From NCBI GenBank assembly GCA_964450885.1, contig CAYVFE010000002.1, forward strand, positions 116,494-180,493: a DNA stretch of 64,000 nt, in the 5' to 3' direction. Of this stretch, positions 26,486 to 36,199 are shown piece after piece. The notes beneath the pieces are model-generated. The model did no database searches, had not been told where the DNA came from, and worked only from the letters and a program-made list of their open reading frames with translations. A program made the position numbers and the translations under genes. The DNA comes from an uncultured Gammaproteobacteria bacterium. Lineage in GTDB: Bacteria > Patescibacteriota > Microgenomatia > Levybacterales > GWA1-39-11. The stretch's first letter is position 1, and each line of letters opens with the position of its first letter.

Positions 26486-27166
26486 TTACTTCAAAGTATA
26501 ACCAAAACCTCTGACTGATTGGATAAGCTTTCTATCAAACCCATCATCGATCTTTTTGCGTAAATAACCTATGTAGACATCTACGACTCTGGTCTCTATG
26601 TCAGGAGAGTATAACCATATGTGATCCAGTATCGTCTCGCGGCTTAAGACTACACCACTGTTTACCATCAGATACTCAAGGAGCTTGAACTCTTTTGCAG
26701 TAAGCGAAATCTTTTTCTCTCCGCGCTTGACGTCTAGCGTTGATGTATTCAACACCAAATCCTCTATTTGTAGCGTGTCAGATCCTTGTTGTTTGAGTCT
26801 CACCCTCGCACGCGCCAAAAGCTCATCTGTGTCAAAAGGCTTGGAGATGTAATCATCTGCTCCGATATCGAGACCATGCACTATATCTCGGCTGGTATTT
26901 TTGGCAGTTAGGATTATTATTGGAAGATGCGGGTTAGCTTTTTTTGCTTCAACACATACTGTCTCGCCACTGATATTTTCGATTCCCAAATCAAGGATAA
27001 CCAAATCCAAATTATCCTCTTTTATCATCTTTAGGGCCTGCGCCCCATCTCCGGTTGCGACAGTACTAAAATTTGCATCCTTGAATGCCTCCACTAGATA
27101 ATCTCTGATATTCTTATCGTCCTCTACTATAAGTACTTTATTTGTCATAACGCCTACTTTGGTCAA
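26486..27166 (-). CDS. OmpR/PhoB-family two-component response regulator
   Basis: 226 aa. Receiver (LIVEDDKNIRDYL...LVILDLGI...PIIILTAK) plus winged-helix (LTAKEFKLLEYLMVNSGVVLSRETILDHIW...YIGYLRKKID...IQSVRGFGY). Confidence 0.85.
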   Translation of the reverse strand: MTKVGVMTNKVLIVEDDKNIRDYLVEAFKDANFSTVATGDGAQALKMIKEDNLDLVILDLGIENISGETVCVEAKKANPHLPIIILTAKNTSRDIVHGLDIGADDYISKPFDTDELLARARVRLKQQGSDTLQIEDLVLNTSTLDVKRGEKKISLTAKEFKLLEYLMVNSGVVLSRETILDHIWLYSPDIETRVVDVYIGYLRKKIDDGFDRKLIQSVRGFGYTLK

Positions 27167-27224
27167 ATTCTAACATAAACAGACAGAGCGGAAAACTCTT
27201 GCCCTTGTATCCGCCCTGCCTATG

Positions 27225-27476
27225 TTATGCGCGTCTGAATGCTCTTGCAATCCATATCACTCCAACTGCACCTACTATAGCGATAAGCAAGCTATATATA
27301 TTAAATCCGGTTATCCCGGATCCACCCAACATGGATGCCACAAAACCTCCGACTATAGCTCCTACAATACCTAGAACTATATCTCCCACGATTCCCTGCT
27401 GCGCATTCCTTTTCATAACTATTGATGCGATCCATCCTGCAACTCCACCTAAAATTATCCACAAAAGAATATTCAT
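27225..27476 (-). CDS. GlsB/YeaQ/YmgE-family transglycosylase-associated small membrane protein
   Basis: 83 aa. MNILLWIILGGVAGWIASIVM...GIVGDIVLGIVGAIVGGFV is the family Gly-zipper signature. Confidence 0.7.
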   Translation of the reverse strand: MNILLWIILGGVAGWIASIVMKRNAQQGIVGDIVLGIVGAIVGGFVASMLGGSGITGFNIYSLLIAIVGAVGVIWIARAFRRA

Positions 27477-27746
27477 ATTATTTTTATCACCTCCCCTATT
27501 CGACTCGTGATGACAAGACTACCCAAAAGCTTGTTATTATTTTTTTCATAGGCAGAGGTAGTATATTAGATAGTGTCTTGAGATTTGGAAGTTGTAATTT
27601 GGTGCCCAACGATTTGTTGAGATCTTTTCTATAGAATCCTGTTGGCATCGATAAAGTTTGTGAACTCATGATTTAGATCATAGCCGAAGTTCGTTATAAA
27701 CAAACAAAATAAATGTAAGAATAATGAAAGTATTAAATCTTAGAAG

Positions 27747-28307
27747 CTAATTGAGTCTGACAGGAATAGAAAATATCTTTTGATTTTCGGCAAGACCTGA
27801 CGGATTTGCACTTTTTAGAATAAGCTCTGCCTCTCCCGACCCGTTTTCATAGCTGAGCTCTCCCTCAAAAGGGACGAGATCTACCGTCATCCACTCTCCA
27901 TTTGCGCTAAGTATCGCAGTACCCAGCACTTTACCATCAGCATCTACCAATTCTGCTGAAAAATTTGCCTCAAAAAACCACGGACCCACCGCTTCTCCTT
28001 TTATGCTTAGGGGACTGGTCACTGATTCATTAGGACGCGGAGTCTCAAGTACGATATCGTATTCTACATTTTCGAGTTCTTCAGTAAATGCAGTGCCATC
28101 AGGGAGCACGCAGCGCCTGGGATAGCTTTCCTGAACAGGATAATTTGCCAAAACACAAGAATCGAATGAATTTATGGTTATATGATCATCCGAACGAGAT
28201 GCACCTGGGCTTGACTGACTCTTTCGAATGTTTTCGAGAACAAAAAAGGCGACACAAAGACCAAATAGAATTCCCAATATGACTGCTGGTGTAATTATTT
28301 TTTTCAT
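27747..28307 (-). CDS. hypothetical secreted/membrane-anchored protein
   Basis: 186 aa with N-terminal signal/TM (ITPAVILGILFGLCVAFFVL) and beta-rich body. Overlaps the downstream hydrolase gene by 4 nt. Confidence 0.45.
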   Translation of the reverse strand: MKKIITPAVILGILFGLCVAFFVLENIRKSQSSPGASRSDDHITINSFDSCVLANYPVQESYPRRCVLPDGTAFTEELENVEYDIVLETPRPNESVTSPLSIKGEAVGPWFFEANFSAELVDADGKVLGTAILSANGEWMTVDLVPFEGELSYENGSGEAELILKSANPSGLAENQKIFSIPVRLN

Positions 28308-29467
28308 TTTAGATTTTCATTGAAAAACCTCACAGTGTCTTGCATAGCTGTCGTAAATGCAACCCCTGTTATATTGTGCCCTCCTGAGGAATACTCGTTC
28401 AACTCATATGTAACCCCGGCGTCTTGTAATATTTTAGACAATCCCCTGCTGTAGCCGATATTAACTACATCATCATTTATTGCATGATCGAGCTGCACAG
28501 CTCCACTAACACCTTCTAAATAATTAACCGGAACAACCATTTCCCAAAACTCGCTATCAGAGTCAAATTCACCATGTGCATTGAATAATTCTTCCCTATA
28601 TCTTTGGCGCTGTGAATCGTCGCTAGGTGGACGATAACTATTGTCATTTAGTCCAAATTCCTGCCAATCCTCATATGTATACACAGCACCAGACCAAATA
28701 ACTAAAGCCGGAATATTTTTTGCTGCGACAAAACTTCTAAAAGTAACATTTCCAGCCATACTGTGCCCCCAAAGGCCTATCTTTTCGGGATTAACCACAC
28801 CCTCTCCCGCTATGGTAAAACCCTTCATAGCAGAAACCGCATTTAGGGTATCGATTATGTAGTCTCCTGAATAATATGCTCCACCAGGCTCTCCTTCGGA
28901 TGTGCCATGACCCCTGAGATCTATTTTAAAAACTATGAATCCATTTCTAGCTAAATAATCTACGTAATCTGAGTAACTTTCACCATTAGTCTGATATATG
29001 CTGGGTGGTATGTAGCCATGAACGAAAACTATCGCAGGCCACCCACCTGTAGGCACTTGCCCACGTGGAATTGTAAGTAAGGCGTTGATATTCAAACCAT
29101 CAGAATCGTAACTAGTCAGATAACTTGTGTGGGTTGAACTTGTAGAAACCTGCTCCAGTCCTCCTGTCTCACTTTCATAATTTCTTTCTGTCAAATAAGG
29201 AATAGTCAGCTCTTTGAACGCAAGCGAAGAATTTGCTGAGAAGACAGCCGGAGTCGGTGGAGCATCCATTCTCTCTATTTGCTCCAGACTCTTTTGACCT
29301 CTTATTAGAAAGTACGTGATTGCCCCAATAGCTGCGAGGAAAAAAAGTCCAATCACTGCAAAGATAACGATACTTGCATGTAAATGTGTCTCTTTCCTTA
29401 AATGCTCGGCAGAGTTAAGGTGCTCTTCAGACTCGTGGTGCAATTTGTGTACCTCTTCATGATCCAT
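28304..29467 (-). CDS. membrane-anchored alpha/beta hydrolase (dienelactone hydrolase / S9-like)
   Basis: 387 aa. N-terminal TM, nucleophile elbow GLWGHSMAGNV (GxSxG), DLRGHGTSEG region, catalytic-type His in SSGGHN near the C-terminus. Confidence 0.7.
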   Translation of the reverse strand: MDHEEVHKLHHESEEHLNSAEHLRKETHLHASIVIFAVIGLFFLAAIGAITYFLIRGQKSLEQIERMDAPPTPAVFSANSSLAFKELTIPYLTERNYESETGGLEQVSTSSTHTSYLTSYDSDGLNINALLTIPRGQVPTGGWPAIVFVHGYIPPSIYQTNGESYSDYVDYLARNGFIVFKIDLRGHGTSEGEPGGAYYSGDYIIDTLNAVSAMKGFTIAGEGVVNPEKIGLWGHSMAGNVTFRSFVAAKNIPALVIWSGAVYTYEDWQEFGLNDNSYRPPSDDSQRQRYREELFNAHGEFDSDSEFWEMVVPVNYLEGVSGAVQLDHAINDDVVNIGYSRGLSKILQDAGVTYELNEYSSGGHNITGVAFTTAMQDTVRFFNENLK

Positions 29468-29470
29468 AAT

Positions 29471-30442
29471 TTATCTTATTTTTATTACGACTTTCCCTCT
29501 AGGATGATCCTGCTCATGATATCTATATGCATCAGAAGCATCATCTAGCTGAAACCGCCTATCTATCTGCGGCTTTACGTCGTTTTCTTCAACATATTTT
29601 TTTAGTCTTTTTAACCTATCACTGGTTACCTGTGAATTCTGAGAAATTACGGAAATTTCTTTAGTATTGCTCCCAAGCTCTTTTGGCACGCTTGTCATAG
29701 ACACTATGATTGCTCCACTTCTTACAATCTTAAATGACCTTTCATCCAACTTCTTTCCAGAAGCATCAAAGACCGCATCAAGATCAGTCAAAATCTCTGA
29801 AAAATCTTCTTTCTTGTAATCAATTATCCTATCTGCACCAAGAGACTTTGCAAATTCTACATTGTCTGTGCTTACCGTGGTCACAATATATGCGCCTATC
29901 TTTTTTGCGATCTGTATCGCAATGCTACCTATTCCACCGCTTCCACCTTGGATTAGAATCTTCTGACCTTTCTTAAGATGTATATGATCCTCAATAGCCT
30001 GAATAGCACTCGCTCCTACGAGTGGGAGACTGGCTGCTTCATAAAAGTCGGTATTCTCGGGTTTTAGATATATACTGCCAGGATTTGCTACAAGATTTTC
30101 TGCGATAGATCCAGAAGCGCCGCCAAATACACTAGCCTGCCCGTATATTTCGTCTCCGACAGTAAATTCCGTAACTTTGTCGCCTACGCTGACGATTCTT
30201 CCGGAAAAATCTCCGCCGATCGTAAGCGGGAACTCGGAGGGCATCCCGGGGATCATCCCGCTTCTGACTTTGTAATCAAAAGGGTTGATGCTTGCCGCAT
30301 AATTTTCAACAAATACCTGGCTGCTCTCAGGCGTAGGGTCGGCGATCTCCTCTATCTTAATTACCTCGGGACCACCATGACTTGAATATCGTGCTGCTTT
30401 CACAGTTACTATTCTAAATGGTCTCATGTTTTTTGTAAACAA
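29471..30442 (-). CDS. MDR-family NAD(P)H:quinone oxidoreductase / zinc-type alcohol dehydrogenase-like
   Basis: 323 aa. GroES-like N-terminal domain and Rossmann motif ILIQGGSGGIGSIAIQIAK (GxGxxG), typical of quinone oxidoreductase (Qor) family. Confidence 0.75.
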   Translation of the reverse strand: MFTKNMRPFRIVTVKAARYSSHGGPEVIKIEEIADPTPESSQVFVENYAASINPFDYKVRSGMIPGMPSEFPLTIGGDFSGRIVSVGDKVTEFTVGDEIYGQASVFGGASGSIAENLVANPGSIYLKPENTDFYEAASLPLVGASAIQAIEDHIHLKKGQKILIQGGSGGIGSIAIQIAKKIGAYIVTTVSTDNVEFAKSLGADRIIDYKKEDFSEILTDLDAVFDASGKKLDERSFKIVRSGAIIVSMTSVPKELGSNTKEISVISQNSQVTSDRLKRLKKYVEENDVKPQIDRRFQLDDASDAYRYHEQDHPRGKVVIKIR

Positions 30443-30480
30443 AAAGTGTGTGTTATAATCATTATTCCTCCTAAGATCCT

Positions 30481-31245
30481 ATGAAAAAAAATATTCTTTT
30501 GATAATTCTTTTTATCCTTACTCCGATAGTAACCCTTATCGTGCGGGACAGATTAGTCAATATATCCGGAGCGCCTCCATACCACGTCGATGACGGCAAA
30601 GCACCTGTTAATCTCGGTAAATTTGGATGGCTGGATAATTGGGAACGGCCCGAAGGACCAGCCAGGGTTGGTCTACAGGTTGGACATTGGAAAAATGAAG
30701 AAATTCCCGATGAGCTTCACAGACTCGAAGGAAATACAGGAGCCTCCGGCGGTGGAAAGAGTGAATGGGAAGTAAATTATGAAATCGCCATGCTCACAAA
30801 AGATATACTGGAAAAAAATGGAATAGTTGTAGATATATTGCCAGCAACTGTGCCCAAGCGCTACTGGGCAGATGTATTCGTAGCCATCCATGCGGATGGA
30901 TCAGAAAATCTGTTCAAGACAGGATACAAAGTAGCCTCTCCATGGCGTGACTACACAGGAAAGGCGAAAAAGCTTGTCGAGTTCATAGAGAATTCGTATG
31001 GTGCATCTACTCTGCTTTCTAAAGATCCTGAGATAACAAGCAATATGCGCGGATACTATGCTTTTTCTTTTTGGAGGTTTGAACATGCGGTGCATCCCAT
31101 GACAGTGTCAAGTATTTTGGAGACCGGATTTTTGACAAACGCATCGGACAGGGCACTCATCGTAGATGATCCTCTCACACCAGCAGAAGGACTTGCAGTA
31201 GGGATAATAGAATATCTTATATCAGAAAATCTACTTGAAGGATAA
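30481..31245 (+). CDS. N-acetylmuramoyl-L-alanine amidase (Amidase_3 family), signal-anchored
   Basis: 254 aa. VGHWKN...GASGGGKSEWEVNYEIAMLTKDILEKNGIVV...ADVFVAIHADGSEN follows the Amidase_3 pattern (xGHGG...E..hnL.h...L...G..V...R, hh.SiHADa). Confidence 0.6.
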   Translation: MKKNILLIILFILTPIVTLIVRDRLVNISGAPPYHVDDGKAPVNLGKFGWLDNWERPEGPARVGLQVGHWKNEEIPDELHRLEGNTGASGGGKSEWEVNYEIAMLTKDILEKNGIVVDILPATVPKRYWADVFVAIHADGSENLFKTGYKVASPWRDYTGKAKKLVEFIENSYGASTLLSKDPEITSNMRGYYAFSFWRFEHAVHPMTVSSILETGFLTNASDRALIVDDPLTPAEGLAVGIIEYLISENLLEG

Positions 31246-32184
31246 TTTTTTTGCTAGAAATTTCCTGTTAATAATTATCTGTGGAACAGCAAAGATCCCC
31301 AGAGAAATGATTATCGGCCAAGATATGCAGAACAGAAAATAGATAAAAGCACTTGCTAAAATGACTCCCACGAAGTTAATTAGTGTAGAAATCCTAACGC
31401 TTATTTTTTTGATGAAATACATTATGGAAATTAGCGCCTGAGCCACTAAGACCAATATCCACCAGTTACTGTCCGCACACTCGTCAGAAATTCCCATCAC
31501 CTCTGATCTATCGCTCTTTTCTTCAGAACTTTCTCCAGCAACATCACCCTGCTCCTGCACCGCAGCTTGAGTCTGACCACCAAATATTGACGTAGCAATG
31601 CCTTCAAGTATTTGTCCTACTGTATTTTGAGAATTGTTCCCTTCGTTAGAATTTGTATCAGAATTGTTATTATCGGAACTATCCTCACTATCATTATCAT
31701 CAGACAAATCCCTCTCAAATCCGAATCCGAAATCAAAGACCGAAGATCCGCCCTGGAGCTCATTTGATGCAGCGCTATCCATCTGCGCAGAGATAATAAG
31801 CTCGATTTGTTCGTCCTTGGAAAAATCCTCGATCAGTACTGTTTCGTCTTCAATCAGCTCTTTCAATATCCCTGTCCAGATAGGACTTCCCGCTCCTTGC
31901 TTCATGAGGCTAATTAGCATGTGCTCATCAAGCTCTCCTGTAGATTCGTTAGTCTTTATCCTGAGATAGATTTCCTTTTCGCTTTCCCCAGTATTTTTAA
32001 CAAAAATGCTTTTTTCTACAGATTTTCCTGGGGTCCACATGTCATCACCTTTAAAGATCGGATCGTGGGACGAAATATTACATTTAGTGTCGTCACACTG
32101 GACATCTAGATCATATGCATATGAAAGTCTGCCAAAACCCAAGAAAATGATAAGACAGATAATCGAAACTAGGAAATTTTTCAT
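31231..32184 (-). CDS. hypothetical secreted acidic protein with C-terminal multi-TM region (last gene of SipW/TasA-like locus)
   Basis: 317 aa. Signal peptide, central Asp/Ser/Asn-rich acidic region, C-terminal ~90 aa with 2-3 hydrophobic helices. Co-directional and contiguous with the TasA-like genes. Confidence 0.45.
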   Translation of the reverse strand: MKNFLVSIICLIIFLGFGRLSYAYDLDVQCDDTKCNISSHDPIFKGDDMWTPGKSVEKSIFVKNTGESEKEIYLRIKTNESTGELDEHMLISLMKQGAGSPIWTGILKELIEDETVLIEDFSKDEQIELIISAQMDSAASNELQGGSSVFDFGFGFERDLSDDNDSEDSSDNNNSDTNSNEGNNSQNTVGQILEGIATSIFGGQTQAAVQEQGDVAGESSEEKSDRSEVMGISDECADSNWWILVLVAQALISIMYFIKKISVRISTLINFVGVILASAFIYFLFCISWPIIISLGIFAVPQIIINRKFLAKKLSFK

Positions 32185-32189
32185 TATGA

Positions 32190-33050
32190 CTACAACTGCT
32201 TAGATAGCGTAAGCGCATCACCATCTATATCAATAAGATTGATATTTAGGTTGAAATTATGCGGATTTATTTGTGGAGTAAATACACCACCTGATTCTGT
32301 CCCCAAATCTATCTCCGTTACCTTGCTAGTCTCGCCACTTAGAGATGCGGACCCGCTTGCAAAGTCTGTTATTGTGTCTGTGTCGTAGATCAGGCTATAA
32401 TCAAACCCCGTAAAATTAGAAAGATTTGAAAGCGTAAAGATAAATTTATAGGATGATGAGTTGTGATATGCCGTCAGTACTGGCTCGTAAGCAAATCCGA
32501 CTTTACTCGCTACTTTTTCTTTATCGGAAAATCCGGTATTATCGATATTTTGGTATGCCAGAAATGCGATATTGAATTCGCAAATTTCTCCTTGTAGACT
32601 TTCGTCACTATTTTCATGGGTAAGCGCGAATTCCCACTCGTCAGTACTATTTGTGATCTGCGCTGACATAGTTGCAAGATTAAAGTCTTTCAGCGAACCT
32701 TCATAGACCTCGCTACCTTCTTTCGAGGCTTTCAATGATATCCCTTCACAAACATTGAGATTTCCATTTTTTAGTTCAAATTCTGGGTGGTAATAAAAAT
32801 CCAGCGTGCCGGAATTTGAGACTTTGATTTTCTGGATTAGCTCTTCATCACCTTTTAATTTATTTTTGTCAAAAAGCAGGCCGGAAATCTCATCTCCACC
32901 TGCATCCAAAAGAGTGATGTCTAGGCTTGCTGCAGAAAAACTATTGTTCATAGAGCTTTCAGTGTCATATAGCAGCGCGTTAGATATACCCGTAAATGGA
33001 ACCAGGGGCAAAATCAAAAGCAGTATTAGTTTTGAAATTCTTTCTTTCAT
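32190..33050 (-). CDS. TasA/camelysin-like secreted protein with SipW-cognate signal peptide
   Basis: 286 aa. N-terminus MKERISKLILLLILPLVPFTGISNALLYDTESSMNNSFSAASLDITLLD matches the SipW-cognate class signal (…ALF/YxDxExSxxNxFxAxxLDL). Confidence 0.6.
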   Translation of the reverse strand: MKERISKLILLLILPLVPFTGISNALLYDTESSMNNSFSAASLDITLLDAGGDEISGLLFDKNKLKGDEELIQKIKVSNSGTLDFYYHPEFELKNGNLNVCEGISLKASKEGSEVYEGSLKDFNLATMSAQITNSTDEWEFALTHENSDESLQGEICEFNIAFLAYQNIDNTGFSDKEKVASKVGFAYEPVLTAYHNSSSYKFIFTLSNLSNFTGFDYSLIYDTDTITDFASGSASLSGETSKVTEIDLGTESGGVFTPQINPHNFNLNINLIDIDGDALTLSKQL

Positions 33051-33052
33051 GA

Positions 33053-33601
33053 TTATTTTAATGGCCTCACTAGACGCCTACCCTTTCTATTTACGTAAAA
33101 CTTTACTATCTGATTTTTGATATTCAAAAGTTCGCTATAGACGATCGCAACAGCAGGAATGATAACCAGTATCAGAAATCCTATCTGTGTCTGTGCAAAT
33201 GACACCAGAATACCTATGAATGGAATCGTAAAGACAACTTTTCCTATAACATCCCCCGCAGGAACTGTTTCACCATCTGCTTCTTCGTTCGCGTCACCTT
33301 TAGTGACGAATTCATTTCCGTTTGGAGTTGTGACAGTATTCTCGATTCTGTGAGTCACCAATACGTTCTCACGACCGGATTGTTTGAAAGTGATTACATC
33401 ATTTTCACCGTAGAAACTACTAGGCACAGTTATCACAACACTTTTTGTCATAATCTTAGGCTCCATAGAACCCGACTGTACAACGAGTGCACGAATGCCA
33501 CCTATCCCGAATTTTCCAGCGAAAAGAACCACCGCAACGACAATCAGAAGTGATAGTCCTATCGAATAAATTGTGTTTTTTATAAATCCTATTTTTTTCA
33601 T
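33053..33601 (-). CDS. sipW: signal peptidase I, SipW (archaeal/eukaryal) type
   Basis: 182 aa. N-terminal TM then VVQSGSMEP (catalytic Ser box), C-terminal second TM. Size and architecture typical of SipW. Confidence 0.75.
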   Translation of the reverse strand: MKKIGFIKNTIYSIGLSLLIVVAVVLFAGKFGIGGIRALVVQSGSMEPKIMTKSVVITVPSSFYGENDVITFKQSGRENVLVTHRIENTVTTPNGNEFVTKGDANEEADGETVPAGDVIGKVVFTIPFIGILVSFAQTQIGFLILVIIPAVAIVYSELLNIKNQIVKFYVNRKGRRLVRPLK

Positions 33602-33656
33602 AATTTGGCTCTTTGTTCTCCCGGCATAAAGTCGGGAGAGAAAAAGTCAAAAGACT

Positions 33657-34244
33657 TTAGTTTTGCTCTAGGTGGAAAACTACGTCGAAAACGACGCTGT
33701 CACCCATTGCAAGATTATCGGTTGCACTTGAAGTCCATACTCCATAAACAACTATTGGCAAGCTTTCACCTGCGTTTAATGTTCCGATGTCGTATCTAAC
33801 TCCTTCTGCATCATTTACTGGAAGGATTCCTGTTGATGGGAATCTAGTCCAAGGAGCAACGTTTTGCTGAAGGCTCGCTTTTGCAAGGCCTCCTAGTTCT
33901 CCTCCATTTTCACCAGTTCCACATGATGAATCTCCAACTTCCTGCTCTTGACATGTATTTTCGTAATTTCTTACGTCAGTAATTTCATACCAAACAGTTC
34001 CATTAACTGAACCTGCGTTTTTCAAAACTACTTGACCAGCATTTGCCCAGTCACCTGGTTTGATGTTTGCTAGAGTGTAAGATGATGTAGTTCCGTCTGC
34101 ATCATTAGTTTTTAGATCTAGAGTTGCAGCTGTGAAAGTATTATTCGAACTTGTCTCCTCATCTGAAAATAAAGCCTGAGTTGCGCCGAAAGTTGCAGCA
34201 GATACTGCAAGAATCGTAAATACGCTTATTAATAATTTTTTCAT
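33657..34244 (-). CDS. TasA/camelysin-like secreted protein with SipW-cognate signal peptide
   Basis: 195 aa. MKKLLISVFTILAVSAATFGATQALFSDEETSSNNTFTAATLDLK is a near-consensus SipW-cognate signal peptide. Confidence 0.7.
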   Translation of the reverse strand: MKKLLISVFTILAVSAATFGATQALFSDEETSSNNTFTAATLDLKTNDADGTTSSYTLANIKPGDWANAGQVVLKNAGSVNGTVWYEITDVRNYENTCQEQEVGDSSCGTGENGGELGGLAKASLQQNVAPWTRFPSTGILPVNDAEGVRYDIGTLNAGESLPIVVYGVWTSSATDNLAMGDSVVFDVVFHLEQN

Positions 34245-34359
34245 TCTATATTTTCACCTCCCTTCAAACAAAAAAAGCCAGCCCGCGCTACGCGTCTGAC
34301 TTTAAATTTAATTTCTTAAATAAGTTTTTCATTAATAACTTGGGCAGTTATTAAAAAGT

Positions 34360-34400
34360 TTTTTTGTACAAAAAAGCCAACCTTTAGACAGTTGGCAGAA
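34360..34400 (-). terminator. rho-independent terminator (minus strand) downstream of the 34497..35552 hydrolase gene
   Basis: gccaac(34376-34381)...gttggc(34391-34396) stem with flanking A-run on the plus strand (T-run on minus). Confidence 0.4.
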
Positions 34401-34496
34401 TTGGCCTGTAATATATCACAATTTGAATACAAATGCAAGTTATTGCAGGTTATATCTATGGGTAAAGACTAATTAAAAAGACCTTATAGGAAATTA

Positions 34497-35552
34497 TTAT
34501 TTGAGGTATTTATCAAAAAATTCTATAGAGCGTTGCATCGCAATCGAAAAATTGCCGGACAAATTATGGTCATCGCCATCGTATATATAAAGCTCAACTT
34601 CTTTACCCTCCGACTCTAGCTGCTCGGAAAGTTTTTCTGAGAATTCAAATGGCACAGATGAATCAGCCGTTCCGTGATGAAGCTGCACAGGACCTGAGAT
34701 GTCACCTAGATAGGAATTCGAAGATATGGAGTTCCAAAAAGCAGGATTGTCTTGCGGTGTGCCGTACAACTCTATGAACCCATTCCTCCAACCTCCCCTA
34801 TTTGATCTGGTTGGAAATGGTGATGGGGTTCCAGTCGAATTTACATTCCCCCTTCTCCATCTCTCAAGTAGATCAGGATAAGATGCTACTACGCCAGCCC
34901 AAATTACACCGGCCTTTACGTCTTTATTTACCACCATATTACGCAGCGTTATATGGCCCCCCATACTGTGCCCCCACATTCCTACCTTTTCAGGATTTAC
35001 GTATTCAAGTTTTTTTATGGAAGAAACAGCATTTAATATGTCTATAGTATAGGCATTGCTCCCGTAGCCACCCTCAGCTTCCCCCTCGGAATTTCCGTGA
35101 CCACGATAATCAGAACGCAAAACTACATATCCATTTCTAGAAAATCCGTCTGTGTAGGCGACATATCGTTCTGTCGTCTTATACTCATCAGGTGCTATAT
35201 ATCCATGATTAAAGATCACCGCCGGAAATCCTCCTTCCGGTGCGTCGCCGTCAGGAACGGTCAAAAGAGCATAGATCTTGAGCCCCTCAGAACGGTAGGA
35301 GGTGATATAACGGGAATAATTACTTCCCGAAGGAAGTGTCTGCTCGATCGTGATTTCGCTACCGGGATACTGACCACGCCGTAATGATTCTATCGATAAA
35401 GGATGGAGATCGGCTATGGGACCTCCTAGGTTTTCGTCGACAAAGTCCTCTACATTACTTACTATGCTTTTGTCGTCATAATTCTGGCTGATAGAATAAC
35501 CTATAAATAAGAGCACTACTAGAACTAAAAAGATAACTATTTTTTTAATCAT
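34497..35552 (-). CDS. membrane-anchored alpha/beta hydrolase (paralog of 28304..29467)
   Basis: 351 aa. N-terminal TM, SDYRGHGNSEGEAEGGYGSNAYTIDILNAVSSIK colinear with the paralog, nucleophile elbow GMWGHSMGG, C-terminal DDHN. Confidence 0.7.
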   Translation of the reverse strand: MIKKIVIFLVLVVLLFIGYSISQNYDDKSIVSNVEDFVDENLGGPIADLHPLSIESLRRGQYPGSEITIEQTLPSGSNYSRYITSYRSEGLKIYALLTVPDGDAPEGGFPAVIFNHGYIAPDEYKTTERYVAYTDGFSRNGYVVLRSDYRGHGNSEGEAEGGYGSNAYTIDILNAVSSIKKLEYVNPEKVGMWGHSMGGHITLRNMVVNKDVKAGVIWAGVVASYPDLLERWRRGNVNSTGTPSPFPTRSNRGGWRNGFIELYGTPQDNPAFWNSISSNSYLGDISGPVQLHHGTADSSVPFEFSEKLSEQLESEGKEVELYIYDGDDHNLSGNFSIAMQRSIEFFDKYLK

Positions 35553-35573
35553 AAAAACTAAGAATCGTCAGTA

Positions 35574-36161
35574 TTAGTTGGAAGGAATTTGATAACCTTC
35601 TGGAAGTTCGTACCCTTCAGGAAGTTGCTCCTGAATATCCTCCAAATTAGAAGAAAAATCCTGGAATACTACCTCAGAGGGTATCTCAAATATCCCATCT
35701 GCGATATTTTGCTCTGAGCAGTTTGCTTTATTTTCCTCGATTTGCTCGCTGATATATTCCTCATTTACGGCATATTCCGAGGCCATATTAGGATCGCTTT
35801 CATACTGACTAATATTTTCTATCGTGAGTCCTTCCGTGCTCCCAGTCTCCCAAGCCCAAAGCGTATCATCTTTAATTATTACGTTCCCTGAGGAAGACTC
35901 TCCATCACCAATAGAATCCATTCTCACCATTCCGTTCTTTATATATACTGTTGCTTGAACATTTTCTTGCTTATATGCACACATTACTGATCCGGATCCT
36001 TCAAACGCACTCATGACGATGTTTGCTTCTTGTTGTACAACCTGAGAGTCATCCGCTACTTGAGGCGAATCGTTATTCGAAGACCTATTCAACCAGAGAT
36101 ATCCAGCAACTATTATGACAAGCGCCACTCCTCCTAAAATAAGTAGATTCTTATTCTTCAC
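35574..36161 (-). CDS. hypothetical secreted acidic protein
   Basis: 195 aa. Signal/TM anchor (LLILGGVALVIIVAGYLWL), acidic C-terminal half with PEGYELPEGYQIP repeat. Confidence 0.45.
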   Translation of the reverse strand: MKNKNLLILGGVALVIIVAGYLWLNRSSNNDSPQVADDSQVVQQEANIVMSAFEGSGSVMCAYKQENVQATVYIKNGMVRMDSIGDGESSSGNVIIKDDTLWAWETGSTEGLTIENISQYESDPNMASEYAVNEEYISEQIEENKANCSEQNIADGIFEIPSEVVFQDFSSNLEDIQEQLPEGYELPEGYQIPSN

Positions 36162-36199
36162 TGTTCAAAGTATAATAGCATGCATAATAAAATTCAACT

